From assembly GCA_013239625.1 (NCBI GenBank), contig MU054187.1, positions 19,088,711 through 19,152,710 on the forward strand: a stretch of 64,000 nt of DNA. The letters are read 5' to 3'. How positions within the stretch are numbered: the first letter of the stretch is position 1; each line of letters starts with the position of its first letter. Shown here one piece after another: positions 25,480-38,734 of this stretch. Source of the stretch: Lama guanicoe (taxonomy: Eukaryota). A program made the position numbers and the translations under genes. The notes beneath the pieces were generated by a model, which saw nothing but the letters and a program-made list of their open reading frames with translations, was not told the origin of the DNA and searched no databases.

Positions 25480-25781
25480 CAGGGGTCAGCAAGCTTTTCC
25501 TATGAAGGGCTGGATAGTAAATATTTTAGGATTTATGTGCCATGAAGTGTCTGCTGCAAGTACCTGAATCTGCTACTGCGGCACAAAAGCAGCCGCGGAC
25601 GACATACGACGAATGAGAAGGAAAGGTTTGTGACGCATAGCGAAATTTGAATTTCACAGAATTTCCATGTGTCATGAAATATTATTCTGTAAAAAAATGT
25701 CCTCCTCTCAACTATTTAACAATCTACGAAAACAGGTGGTGAGCCAGATTTGGTCCACGGGCCGTAGTTTGCCAATCCTAG
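25480..25781 (+). mobile_element. MER58-type hAT-Charlie MITE (adjacent MER5-like piece at ~25330-25470)
   Basis: CAGGGGTCAGCAAGC start, GATAGTAAATATTTTAGG, GGGCCGTAGTTTGCCAATCC end. Confidence 0.85.
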
Positions 25782-26494
25782 CGTTCACATGCTGTGGTTT
25801 GCAAATTGCTGCTTTAAATGTTAGAGCTGAGTTTTTTTGTTTTTTTGTTTTTCCCAAGCCAGTGGCATGTCATGAAGCAGCGGGAGAGAGAGGAGGACTG
25901 AACAGCCGATGCACCAGGACCATGCCCAGCGTGCTGGCAGCCTCTTCCAAAGCAGCAGCCCATGATGTGCAACCATAGAGTAAAAGGGTGCCACTTACGG
26001 GAATGTGATCCTCCAGGCACGCTGTGGACTTAAAAATCAACGGAAAGCCATCGTGCTGGAGCAGCGATGGGCAGACCCAGTGTAGAGGCTGTAGCCTATG
26101 CGAAAAAGCCTGGTTTCCTCTGCTTTCACGCCGCCCCTTTCTCTCCCATTGAAGAATGTCTCAGAGGATGGAGGCAAGGGAGGGAGAGGGAAGACAGTCT
26201 CAAATTCACTCTAATTTTTAAGCCCTTCATAAATTCCAATGTGTTAAATGCAATTAGCAACAAATAAATTTCAATGTATTTCACAAGGTTGGCTTGTGAC
26301 CTGCCACCAAAATTATTAGAGAATTGTGACTCAGAGAAAGCAGGTTGCCTTCTGCATTCCTGGCCAACCATCACTGCTGTCTCCTCTCTGTACCTCTGGC
26401 TTCGAGTTAGCCCAGCTGGGGTAGATTTATTTGCAAGCTTCCTCTGTCTGGGTCACAGACACAGGCAAGAACACATAACAAAAATCCACGACAG

Positions 26495-27050
26495 AACCAA
26501 GTTTCAATAAGACCTCAACAGGCTGGAACTCTCGGCTCAAAATAATAAGATGAAATTTAACTAGGACAAATGTAATTGTCTGCATTTACATTTAAAGAGA
26601 TTCGATTATAAAAGCACAAGTCGGAGGAGAGACTTTATGAGCAGCTGTGCGATGCACAAGTTCACAGAATAAAGGCCTCAGGGATGTTTTTAACCACAGT
26701 CTCCACAAGAGCTAGTGAGATGGAGCTGCTAAAGTACTTAATATGATTTTTTGGCCGCATTAACGCAATTACAATGTCGAGATGAATAAGAGTCCACGGT
26801 ACTCTGAAATAATCAGATGACGTGTAGAGTCCCTCAGCAATTCTGGGCTTTCAGTTTGAAAAGGGACGTTAAAATAAAATAGTAGGAAAGGTTATTTAGT
26901 AACGGGTGTGTAAAGGGGAGGAAGACGGGGGTAAGAGAGAGACTGAAAAATACATTTCACTGAGAATATCTGAAGGGGCTGGAGATGTCAGCAGTGCTTT
27001 TGAGGAAGGACTTGGAAATATTTAGAAATGAAAGAAATATCACATTTTGA
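26495..27050 (+). mobile_element. L3/CR1 LINE remnant
   Basis: GATGAAATTTAACTAGGACAAATGTAATTGTCCTGCATTTA is a typical CR1 ORF2-end motif. Confidence 0.6.
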
Positions 27051-27449
27051 AGGTTAAACTGCACAATTAAAGCAAAATGGGTCAAAGCTATACATGTACA
27101 AAGTCTGTACATTTGGAAAGCAGACCTGAAGGGATCAGATGGAACGTAATGTGTGCTCCAACAGAGGCGTGGACGTCTACCAGGAAACGGGGACAAAAGC
27201 GAGAGTGACAGAAGCAGACGACTGCCCACCTGGCACTGCCCAGGGAGAGGGGCCCGTCCATCTCACAGGGGTGAGCACAGTCTATTCCAACTGGATTTTG
27301 AAGCCATCCCACATTTAAACCATACAACTTCAGTCTCTACTTGTTCTCACTCCACGTTCTAGCAACATGGTTAACCTTGGGGTAATCTGACCTCTATTCA
27401 GCTTGCCTACTGGGAGACGATGTAGTATATTTCTTATTTTAAAAATTAA

Positions 27450-28705
27450 TAAGCTTTATTTAAAAAAATAGTTTCAGGTTCACAGCCAAATTGAGTGAAA
27501 AGTACGGAGTTCACATATACCCTCTGCCCCCCACACGTGGACAACCTCACCTGCTAACCACATCCCCCACCACAGTGGCACATCTGTTACACTCAGTGAA
27601 CCAACATTCACACATAATTATCACCACAAAGTCCATAGTTCATATTAGGGTTCATTCTTGGCGTTGTACATTCCATAGGTTTTCACAACAGCACGATGAC
27701 CTGTATTCACTCTTGTAGTATCGTTCAGTATAGGTTTGCTCCTAAAAATCTTCTAATCATCTGTCCCTTATCCCTTGAAGCCACTGATCTTCTTACTGTC
27801 CCCATGGTTTTGCCTTTTCCAGACTGTCCTATAGTTAGAACCATTGAGTATGTAGCCTTTGGCTTCTTTCACGTAGTAACATGCATTCGGTTGCCTCCAC
27901 ATCTTTTCGTGGCTTGATAGCTCATTTCTTCTTAGTGCTGAATAACATTCCACTGTCTGGATGAATCACAGTTTATTCATCCATTTATCTATTGAATGAC
28001 ATCTTGGTTGCTTCCAAGTTTTAGAAATTACAAATAAAGTTGCTATAAACATCTGTGTGCATGTTTCTGGGTGAACACAAGTTCTGAACTTCTTTGGGTG
28101 AATACCAAGGAGTATGATTGCTGGATCATATGGTAAAAGTATGTTTATTTCTGTAACAAACTGCCAAACTGTGTTGCAAAGTGGCTGTATCATTTTGCAT
28201 TCCCAGCAGTGAATGAGCGTTCCTGTTGCTCCACATCCTCACCAGCATTTGGTGTTGCCAGGGTCCCAGATTCCGGCCATTCTAACAGGTGTGTATAGTG
28301 GTATCTCATTGTTTTAATTTTCAATTTCCCAATTTGCAATTCCCCAGTGCGATGTGGAACATCTTTTCATATGCTTATTTGCCATCTATGTATCTTCTTT
28401 AGTGAGGTGTCTGCTAAGGTCTTTTGCCCATTTTTAAATTGGGTTGTTTCTTTTCTTAGTATTGAGTTTTAAAAGTTCTTTGTGTATTTTGAATAAAAGT
28501 CCTTTATCAGGTGTGCCTTTGCAAATATTTTTCCCCAGTTTGTGACTTGTCTTCTCATTCTCTTATCATCGCCTTTCACAGTGCAGAAGTTTTCCATTTT
28601 AATGAGGTCTAGCTTATCAATGACTTCTTTCACGTATTGTGCCTTTGGTGTTGTACCTAAAAGGCAGCACCATACCTAAGGTCTTCCAGCTTTTCTCCTA
28701 GGAAT
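27450..28705 (-). mobile_element. L1MC1-like 3' end plus ORF2 remnant
   Basis: GGTTCACAGCCAAATTGAG...AAAGTCCATAGTTCATATTAGGGTTCA...; ORF 27966-28193 encodes an L1 ORF2 C-terminal-like peptide (PYDPAI..., KTWKQPRC). Confidence 0.85.
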
Positions 28706-28719
28706 CTTTTAAAAAAAAA

Positions 28720-29900
28720 ATAAACTTTGCTTTTTAGAACAGTTTGAGATTTACAGAAAAGCTGAAAAGATAGTACAGAGGTCCTCTAAAGCCCAGCACC
28801 CAGTTTCCCCTACTTACATTAATCGATACTTATGAAACATTTAGTAATTGAGTATCGATACATTCTTATTTACTGAAGTCCATAACTGATTCAGAATTTC
28901 TTAGTTTTTCTAATGTCCTTTCTCCGTTCTGGTATCCTCGCCAGGACAGCAACGCTAAATTCAGTCATGATGTCTCCTTAGGCTCCTCTTGGCTGCGACA
29001 GTTTCTCAGACTTTCCTTGCTTTAAGACCTTACAGTTTTAAGGAGTGCAGGTCAAGTATTTCATAGAACTTCACATCTGGGATTTGTATGATGTTTTTTG
29101 CGTGGTTATCCTGGGGTTATTGGATTTGGGGAAGAAGACCACGGAAGAAAAATGACATTTTCGTCACATCATATCAAGTGCTAGCACAAGTCCATCACGC
29201 TAGTAACACGACTTGTCAGTGCTGATGATGACCCTGATTCCCTGGCTGAACTGTATTTGCTAGGCTTCACTGTGAAGTTACCAATCTGTCCTCATTTCTA
29301 TACTGTACTCTTTGGAAGGACGTCATTTTCTGAGCAGCCTCTACTGAAGGAGTGGAGAATTATCCTCTGTGTCCTTGAGGTGGGAGTATTTACATAAATT
29401 CCTTTGAATTCTTCTGCCAAGAGATTTGTTTACTTTCTCTCTTGTAACTAATTTATCAAATTGTTTATTTATATACATACATGGACTCGTGGATATTTAT
29501 TGTACCTTTTGGATTATCATCCAATTCTGCTTTATTTTGTTGCTTTAATTGTTTCCGCTTTGTACACTGGAAGCTCTTTCTGTTGAATCTGGGCTCCTTT
29601 GATGTGCACCCAGCAATGTGATTTGGTTTTGTTTCCTTTGTTTGTGTCTTTTTTACTTGCTTACTTTCTGGCATGATGAGATTCTCCAGGCTCATCTTGT
29701 ATATTTCTTGTTTCAGTCCTAGAAATCAGTCATTTCTTCCAACCCTTGGTTCCTTTTACTAGAGAACCGAATGGAAAACCCAGATCTGAGTGCGAGGTGT
29801 GCCTGCTGCTGCTGGCGTGCTGTTTCTTCCAGGCCATCTCAGCCGACAGAGGAAGGAAATATACGTGTGTCCACTAACCCGCGGATCCAAGCATATCTAT
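28720..29900 (-). mobile_element. L1MC/L1MD-type 3' end
   Basis: TTTAGAACAGTTTGAGATTTACAGAAAA...CAGTTTCTCAGACTTTCCTTG...CTCCAGGCTCATCTTGTATATTTC. Confidence 0.8.
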
Positions 29901-31999
29901 AGCTGTGACACCTGCATTTAAAGCCCCTGCTCATGTGAGCTGCCTAGGTGCTGAGTCACATGCAGGTATCTGGTCACCTCTGAGAGGTATCCAGCTTTTG
30001 CACCTGCCTGAAGCCCACCGCCCTGCTACACTGCCATGCACTACCCCTCCCTTGCTTCAGACATCCATGGGGATTTTTTGTCTGGAGAATAAAATATTTG
30101 GAAAGATATAATAGTTGCATTCAAATATTTGAGTATGTGTCACATGAAAGAGAGATCATTTGGGGTTGCTCCACAGGGCAGAACCAGAACCAACCATTAA
30201 GTTTTACGGAAGACAATTTGAAGTTAACATTAAGAAAAAAATCTGTAAAAATCAGACCTTTATTTTAAAAAGGAACGAGCTGGTTCCAAAAAGTCATAAA
30301 CTCTGTATAGATAGATGTGCTCAGAGATTGGGTCACCATCAGCTTGTCCGGTCCACCAGGCTGTTATGGTGGAGATTTTCACGGGGTCATATACTGGGCT
30401 CACTGATAGCCATGTCTCCTAACGCAAAAACGTCTTAACCTATAATAAGAGCTGCTTAAAAAAAAAAAGAAAAAGATCTTAAATTCCAAGACCACAATCT
30501 AATCCCAAAAGATTAGAATTTATCACCAAGAAATGGATAAATAAGACTCCCGATTACTATCAGACGAAAAGAACGTATTTTCGTGAGTCGCCTTTAGTTG
30601 TAAAATATGGAAGTAAAATATACGAAAGAACAGAAGAGTCTTGTGTTCATTGAATAAGTGTGACTGAAGGAGAGGTGGACAGTATCCACTTTAATTGTAA
30701 AGATTACAGCAAATATTTGAACCACTGCAATAACCTCACACAGAGAAAAGATTTAAAGCGCAGTTTTACACCTGCTGCACTCTGTGTGCTCGTTCATTTG
30801 ATGAGAAGCTTCTGGGATTGCATCCAAGAAAGCCAGGCAATTCTGAACACCTTTTTTCAGAAGTGCTGCCAGATTTTTTTTCCCTTTACTCTCCTTTTCC
30901 TCAAAAAAGTGTGCACACGGGAGCATGGGTAGGTACACACACACACATACGCTTTCACTCTCCTTAAATAAGTGATAAAGATCTAGTCATGTCACCGACA
31001 CATCACTGGCAACCCAGATGTTCCTACTCAAGAAAAGAATAACACAAACCCCACAACAATTAGGAGATGAAAGAGCTTTCTAAGGTAAGCTTTTAATAAA
31101 CACAGCCATGGCATCCTGTGACAGGTCACTGTATTTAAACATGCAGGATGAAACCATCAGGAATTTAAATGAAAAAGATGTATTTCAACTGAGTCAATGA
31201 GAATGGCTGACTCATCTCATTAGAAAAAGTTTTAATAGCAAGGCACATATCTGCTGCCTTGTGTTCATCCCTTTCCAGTAAATTTTCCAGTAATAGAAAC
31301 CCCAACTCGGTCCCATTCTCCATCCCTCCCATTTCTGGGGTCTGTGGTCCACAACGGAGCTTGCGACTGAAAATGACCAACGAGTGCCACCCGTATGTTG
31401 TTACGAGAGAAGACAAAAATTATGAAGAAATTTATTTCTTAAAAAAGAAAAAACTACCTTGCATAAAAATCTTAATTACGATAAATTTTCCATCTAAAAA
31501 CGCCCACTCTGATGAGACGGGAGAAACAGTTTCTTTGCCATATTGTAGCCAGAATGATTCAGCAGGTTCCTATTTTCCCATATTAGCAGGATTTCAAGGG
31601 TATTTGAAAATTTCAAAATCAAAACACCAGGCAGCATGCATTTACGACACATTTTACTTTTATTAATAAAATTCCATGCATGACAATAATCAGAGTTTTG
31701 TGCAAATGCAGTGACATGACTTCTTAAAAGTGCTGGAACAATTAAAGTAGTCGAATACTTCTATAAACATAAAACAAAGGAAAACCAACAGCATAAAACT
31801 CTACTCAACTGAATTCAACTCATTTATAATGTATAAAAATCTAGCAAATGCTACTCTTGAGTTAATAAGTCTTTTAAGACCATAAACTTCATAACTTTCA
31901 GTAACAAGTTGTGGTAGAAAAATTAAAATAATCAGTGAAATAGAACGACAGGCCCTGCCAGCTATTAATTCTATAACTTGTCTCCTCTTCTTTCTTACG

Positions 32000-32450
32000 A
32001 CCAAGATGTTTGGTTTCTTTGGAATGGCAATGTTCCCAGCAGAAAAATTACATTTCCCAGGCTATAGAAGCAGCCAAGTGACAGTTCTGTCCAAAGAGAT
32101 GTTGGGAAGGCGTAGGGGAGTCTTCAGGGAAGGGACATTCAGGGGAAGCGCTTTAAAAGGGGAAACTCAACTTTTCACCTTTTGCCCTTTGCCCTTCCTC
32201 TCATCTCTGCCTGGAGAAAAGTGTGATGTCGGAAGCTACAGAAAAGGATCCTGGATGACAGCCACCAATGAAGGAACGTGGAGAGAGATGTCACAAGAAG
32301 TGTGGGCTTCCCTCTGACATCCGGACCTGCTGTATCAACTGTGAAGTGGTTCTTTGAGGCTTCTTGTTACATGATGAGGGGAAAAAAACTAATTTGCTTA
32401 AGCCACTCTACATGTTTCTACTACATGTTGCCAAACCAATTTTACCTAGA
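32000..32450 (+). mobile_element. Old MLT1-type LTR
   Basis: CATTTCCCAGGC...GTGACAGTTCTGTCCAAAGAGATG...TTGCTTAAGCCACT. Confidence 0.55.
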
Positions 32451-32949
32451 AAAATAATGTTGAGCACCCTTAAGTAATTCAAAAATACCCACTTGAAAAC
32501 AGCAAATAGACTAACCACTACCTAACTATTCTTACAGCAGGTCTCCTAAGGACCTCCACTCGGAAATACTGCTGGCTGAGTTTGAATACATACGTGCTCC
32601 TGAAAGTTAACGTACTGTTTCCATCAAGAATATTTTAAAATTAAAGTGGCCATTGTTTGGGGGACACTGGATGCCAAAGCATTACAAAGTGTTACAGTCA
32701 AATGAGATGCTATTAGATGCGTCTCAGTTAGTTTCAGTTACTGAGCTTCCCTAGACGAGGACACACGGCTGGACCCAAGGGAAAACGGCGGTACACATCC
32801 TCCAAGAACACTCATTGGGAAGAAGCCAGAGTGACCGTGAAAGACACAGACGGCACTTTCAGTGATAGTTTTAAAGGGAAGAGACGATTAAAAACTGGCC
32901 TAACGTTTTGAGGAGCTTTGATGTACAGCACCTACGTCAACATGCACTT

Positions 32950-33165
32950 CTTTTTTAAAATTATAATCAGCTTACCGTGTTGTGTCCATGTCTGGTGTAC
33001 AGCCAGACATGCATATACACACATATATTCCTTTCCACATTCTTTTTCGTTATAGGTGGTTACATGATATTGAATAGAGTTCCCTGTGCTATACAGGAGG
33101 TCCTTGTTGTTTATCTATTTTATGTACAGTAGTGTGTATCTGTATATCTTGAACTCCCAGTTTAT
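32950..33165 (-). mobile_element. Artiodactyl L1 3' end
   Basis: GATATTGAATAGAGTTCCCTGTGCTATACAGGAGGTCCTTGTTGTTTATCTATTTTAT. Confidence 0.85.
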
Positions 33166-33717
33166 GAGAATGCCTCGGTGTAATGGTGCCAGGCCCTGGT
33201 GGTACGGGAACTAGCTGTTGATTATCATGTCTAATTTTAATCATCATATTTTAGGTTGATATATCAGCAAAGACATGGTAAATTTAGGTGAAGTATTATA
33301 ATAGGCTAAATTAAACTGATTGGTAAAGATGGAAAACACCAAGAACATGAATAATAACTCAAACCAAACCTTGTGGTTCAGCTTCAACAACAAACACTAG
33401 ATGAATAAAGCAAAGTAAGTGTCCCCAAAGCGTCTGCCATTATCCCAAGGTTGTGCTTCTGTTTGATGGGGATAAAGACTATTCGACTCAAGAAAGGCTG
33501 TCAAGAAGATATAGTCAGGGGAAGGGAAAGTCTTCACAAATGTGTTACTTGTATGTTAAAATCAAGTGACTTCTCAATCAACAGATATTTCCTGATGAGC
33601 ATGCACTTCTGCATCTGGTAAGAGAATAAAGGTAAACGAGGTGGGAAGGTCAGCGTGGGGCTGTGGGGAGCTGGTCAGAAATGCCACAGCCTTGCCAGCA
33701 TGCTGGCTCAGCCAGAA

Positions 33718-33900
33718 GCTGCTGTTCTCACCCTCGAGTGCGCGTCAGTCCCACCTGGGAGGGATGTGGAACAAAAACTACGATGCCTGAATCCCACCCA
33801 AGAACTCAGGTTTCAATGGTTTCAGGACCCAGCCCAGGTAAAATATTATTTAAAAAATACTTCAGGTGATTCTGAAACCAGTTAGGGTTGAGATTCCCTG
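33718..33900. mobile_element. MER5-like MITE
   Basis: GCTGTTCTCACCCT...CAGGTGATTCTG...GGGTTGAGATTCCCTG. Confidence 0.65.
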
Positions 33901-36039
33901 GGCGGGAGTGATAGGGGATGGGCCTTGAGCTGGACCCTGGGTATGGGCAGGACAATAGATCAGTGGAGAGAAGAAAGATGAGTATTCTAGAAGGAAAAAC
34001 ATAAAAGGGATGGAGAAAGGAATGGCCAAGGGCAAAAGACAGTGATGCACAGTGGAGACAGGGTGTTAGAAAGTTGTGGGAAATAAAAATTACATACATG
34101 TGACACGTACAGACGTAAGACGGGGCCAGATTATAGACGTTTCTTTAAATGGTGGTAGGAAAGGGGAAACTACGGGTAAGGAAGTGACCAGGTGACAACA
34201 ATACGAGGGCAAGACCAGTGTGGCAGGAGCCTGATGGATCAGTGCCAGCGCAGAGAAACAGAAGCAGGAATAGCAGCTAGAAGGCAGATGCAGGCGTCCC
34301 AGGTGGAATGAGGAGGTGCCGAACAGAGTGGCGACAAACCGGGCAGAGTGGGCAACCTGGGGGGGAGAAAAGCCTCTGAGGGCGTGGAACCGGGATCACT
34401 GGAGGATGCTGAGGGATACCAAAGGAAGAGGGGGAGGAGCAAATGAGAAGAGGGAACGTCAAAGGAGCTCAGGACAACTAAGGGAGATGTAACCAATAAT
34501 CCAGGTTGAGAGAACTTTGTGAAAAGGGTACAGAGAAGGTCCGTGGCAGGGCTCGTGTCTCAGTGGGGAGGGAGGGTGAATGATGGGACAGAGCCCGTAC
34601 AGTATTTTAAGATGCAGTGTGAGGCTGGGGGGGGGTGGGTGGAGGGGAGAGTGGGCACTCTGGCAAAGCATCCCAGGTCAGAGCGGAGCTGGTTTAGTAA
34701 AGGCATGAGATCCTACTTTCATCCAAGTGAAAAAGGACTGCTCTGTTGGCCAGTATATTCAAGTGAAAAGGAACTGAGATAAGAAGTCAAGGTGTAAAAG
34801 AGTATTTTCCATGTGCAAACCGACGTGCGCTTTCGGGTGGAATGGGATCATTAACAAGGACCTTCTGTTCACGCTCTGCCCTCGGGGGAGAAGACCATGA
34901 GCAAGGAAGGCGGGATAAGGGTGTATCAGTAGCTAGAGCAGCCCCTGTCCCTGGAGATCCTTAAGCAAAAATAGACGCAGAATCTTCCCAGATGAGGGTA
35001 AAGAGAGCTCCACCTCCCGTCAGAGCAGGTGGTGAGTGCAGGGCTCCGAGTTACGAATGATCGAATGGTCGGAGGCGAAGGCTTCCCCAGGTGCAGGAAA
35101 TGACTGGGAGCTTGGAAGCTCACACAGGGGCATTCCCTGTGGGGAGATGACCACTGAATCCTAGCTCTGGGAACCCTGGCTTGTTATCTTATTAGCAGAC
35201 TGATCCGTGGGTGTGCATAGCTCACCCAACTCCCTTACTCCGAAAGGGACTCCTACCTTCACTTCCAAAACACTTCCTTCCTCTGTGCGGGGAGAACCCG
35301 CTGACGAGGTTTCTCTCCGGGCACAGACAGCTGGGCGCACAGAACGACAGCAGCAGGGTCGGCACGGGAGCAAGGGACAGCCAGGGAGGGAAGCGGGTTT
35401 CGTGCGGAGGAAGAAAGGGCCCAGGAAGCGATGCATTGTAGTTGGAGAGGTTAAGTTTGAAGTATTTCCAGGACATCCATGCAAGCACGGCAGAGCCCAG
35501 GAGGAGGGCCAGGCTGGACTTCCGCTTGGGAATCCGCTCTCACTGGGGGGGTGGGAGGGGGTGCCTGACCGGTGAGTGGGTGGGTGAGCTTCCTAAGGGG
35601 ACAGCCCATTGTGAGCCTTCCAGAATTTTTTGAGTGATTGGGGAAAGAAAAACAGGGCTGAAAGCAGAGGCTTGGGGCACATCTTATGGGGGTGGGGGTG
35701 GGGAGTAGAAAGAAGAGTAAAGAAAAGAGACAGAAAGGAGAGGGTCGGTGGGTAGGAACACTGGCAAGTTCAACACCATGAAAGTCAAAGGCAAGAGGTT
35801 CAGGGTAGTCCCATTTTCACCTATTGGACTGAAAAGGATTTTAAATGGAGAGAACTGCTCAGGTTTTCTGGGAGAGCAGTTGCTGCTGAGGATGCAAGCT
35901 TGAGCAGCTTCTGCAGAGCAATTTGGCAACAGACATCAAAACCTCCCCGAAGTATGCATACTCTTTCATCAGGAATATTTTTTCTCGGGTTTATCATTTG
36001 GAGATATGAGAGAAGGCTTAGCGCCAAGATAGTTAACAT

Positions 36040-36590
36040 GCCTGCAGTTCTCTGAGATGAACCCCAGCGATGCCTGCCTCCTGGAATTCACGCCCTTGCA
36101 GAATACCCTCCCCTGAGTGGGGGCCAGCCTGAGGACTTGCTTCTACAAACAGAATATGGCAAAGGTGTCAGGATGTCACTCCTTTGATGAGGTTACATAA
36201 GACGGTGACTTCTGTCCTGCTGGCGGACACTCTCCCTGGCATAGTAAGTGCATGTGATCCTTTTAACATGTCTGGAGTAAGGAAGGATTCCTCTTGCTGG
36301 CTTTGCTGAAGCAAACTGGCTTGCTTTTGAGGCCCATATGGCCAGGAACTGAGAGCCACCTCCAGCCAGCAGCCAGCTAGGAACCGAGGCCCTCAGTCCA
36401 GCAGCCCTTGAGGAAGTGAACTGTGCAACAGTCACATGAGCTCAGAAGTGGCTGTGCCCTTGCTTGAGCCTTCAGATGAGACCCAGTCCTGACCGACACC
36501 TTAACTGCAGATCTGTTAGGCATCCTGAAGCAGAGGACTCAGCTAAGCTTTCTAGGAAACAGCCCGTAAAAAAGATAGCCACTCGATACA
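36040..36590 (+). mobile_element. MLT1E/F-type MaLR LTR
   Basis: GACTTGCTTCTACAAACAGAATATGGCAAAGGTG...GAGCCTTCAGATGAGACCCAG...CAGCTAAGC. Confidence 0.8.
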
Positions 36591-38579
36591 AAAATACTCT
36601 TCAGAAGACAAATTAATTCCTTGGGGCAGCAAGATACCATGCTGAAAAAAACCTAAAAAGTTATTTTAATTTCTCAACAGGTCTCACTGATTCCCAGGGA
36701 GAAAGCTATGCAACATGAAGTAACAGCTCCTAGACCAAGAAGCTCAAACAGCAGAACTACCGAAGTCCATGCAAACAGCTGCGCAGTTCATTACAAATTC
36801 TGCTTCCGTCTGGAAACACACAAAGCTGTGCCTGGGTGCAAACCTACAAGTGGATGTGCGCAAGTTTTGAAATAATTGAACCATTGATAGTAAATGTGTA
36901 AAATGACGAAACTGCAACTAAACTTGAGGCTTAGGGCTGGAGGAAAAACTCTCAGGATTATTTTCCCTGTCTGGCCTCTATGGTCCAATGAGTAGAGCTC
37001 CAAGGAACTTTTAAATGTAAGTTTATGAGAACAGAAGAGAGGAGCCACAGCATGAATGTATGCTGCATGAAGCATCGCATGGGGATAGAACAGTGCAGAG
37101 CGTGAACACAGAGCTGAGCAAGTCCACATTCAAAACCAGGAAATGAGTGACATATCTTATTTCCAGGATGCAGGGAGGACCCAGCTGCCCTTCTCTCAAC
37201 TCCCAACACACACAGAGAACCTCATGAATAGCCAAGAAGCGCCTGCATCCCAAAATGTAGACGATGCAAAAGAATGACCCTTGGGCTTCTGAATGGAACT
37301 TTTTCTTTTAAAAAAAAAATGCTGTTCGTTCTGTTTAAATGGCAGAGTATAAAAATGGCACTGTAACTTGTAATTTTGGGATATAAAATGTGAAACATAA
37401 AACAAGGGGTTATAAATCAGCAGGAGACCAATTAAAATACTTAGACTGTCATTAAAAATATTCCACAGAATGTAATAAAATGAGTGGGTGGTTGGTTCTG
37501 TTTTAATAACCGAAGGCTGCAGGAAGATTTTATTTCTTCAAACTATCAGCCAAATATATCCAGGACTGACTGGAACATGGAAAGTACACTTTTACATTAT
37601 GTTGAGTGAAAAAATGAAATGAAGTGTCTCAAAACACTATTTGAACAGTGTTCTGATTCACAGCAAGGCTCCCTTGAGGATACACTTTGCTTTATATTCA
37701 GTATTTTGTGCAGTTAATTTTCTAATCAAATTATATTCTGCTGTTATTTCACCATTTTGTCATAAATATGAAATCAACCAATGGTTCTCAGTGAGGGTGT
37801 GCTGGTACTGGGGGCAGGAGAATGCCTTCTTGTACTGGACTGTTCTGCACAACCAAAATTTCCTCCTACACATTTCCAAATGCTTCATGAGTGAAATGGG
37901 GTTTTGTGACAGTGATGACACGATGACACTAATTACCCAATGCAAACAACTGATTTTGACTGTGGCAAAATTTGTGTCCTTTAAATGGCATAACCATTTG
38001 CTCCTTTGAAAAATAGATCCTTATTTAGAAACCAAATAAAACCTGGAAATACTGTTGACATTCCAAATTGTAGGATTCTCCCCAATAATACACATAAAAA
38101 GTTGCAAGGAATAATTGTAATAATGCACCATGCTGAAGTATTAAACCACAAGATCTTTTAGAGTTGAATTGTATTTTTTAACTTGTAGACCTGAACCCTA
38201 AGGTAAAGGCTGACTTCTCCTCAAACAAGACAACAATTAATGATGAATTCTGATGTTTCCTGACTGTCCATGCTGGAAAGAGATTTTATGAGCTCAACTG
38301 GCCCAGTGGCCTAAAACATCCGTAAAAATAGGTGGCAAAATAGAGGTTTTTGTATGCCCGGGGTATGTAATCAGCAGAATGGAAGAATCCAAGTCTCTTA
38401 AGTTTTAGGGGATATTTTTTCCCTTTAGTTTACAAATTTGGGGATTTCAAGACCCCATGATATTAACAAAAAATTGAAAACTAACCAAGAGGTCGCTAAC
38501 ATTGTAAGTTGCCCACAATTTGAATATTAAAAACAACCTATCATCTATCACCATTATTTCATAAAAGTAAAGCCATTCT

Positions 38580-38734
38580 TTTTTTTTTTTAAATTGATGT
38601 GTGTATTTACTTATTTGGTAGGGGAGGTAATTAGGTGTACTTATTTATTTATTCTTAGAGGAAGTCCTGGGGATTGAACCCAGGACCTCATGCATACTAA
38701 GCATGTGCTCCACCACTTGAGCTATACCCTCCCC
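38580..38734 (-). mobile_element. Full-length vic-1-like SINE with TSD
   Basis: GGGGAGGTAATTAGG...GGGGATTGAACCCAGGACCTC...GAGCTATACCCTCCCC. TAAAGCCATTCT is duplicated at 38568-38579 and 38743-38754. Confidence 0.9.

Noticed and set aside
32440..32460. Possible recursive splice site (TTATTTTTCTAG|GTAAAA, minus strand)
   Set aside because: Short pyrimidine tract and mediocre donor at an LTR edge; such matches are expected by chance.
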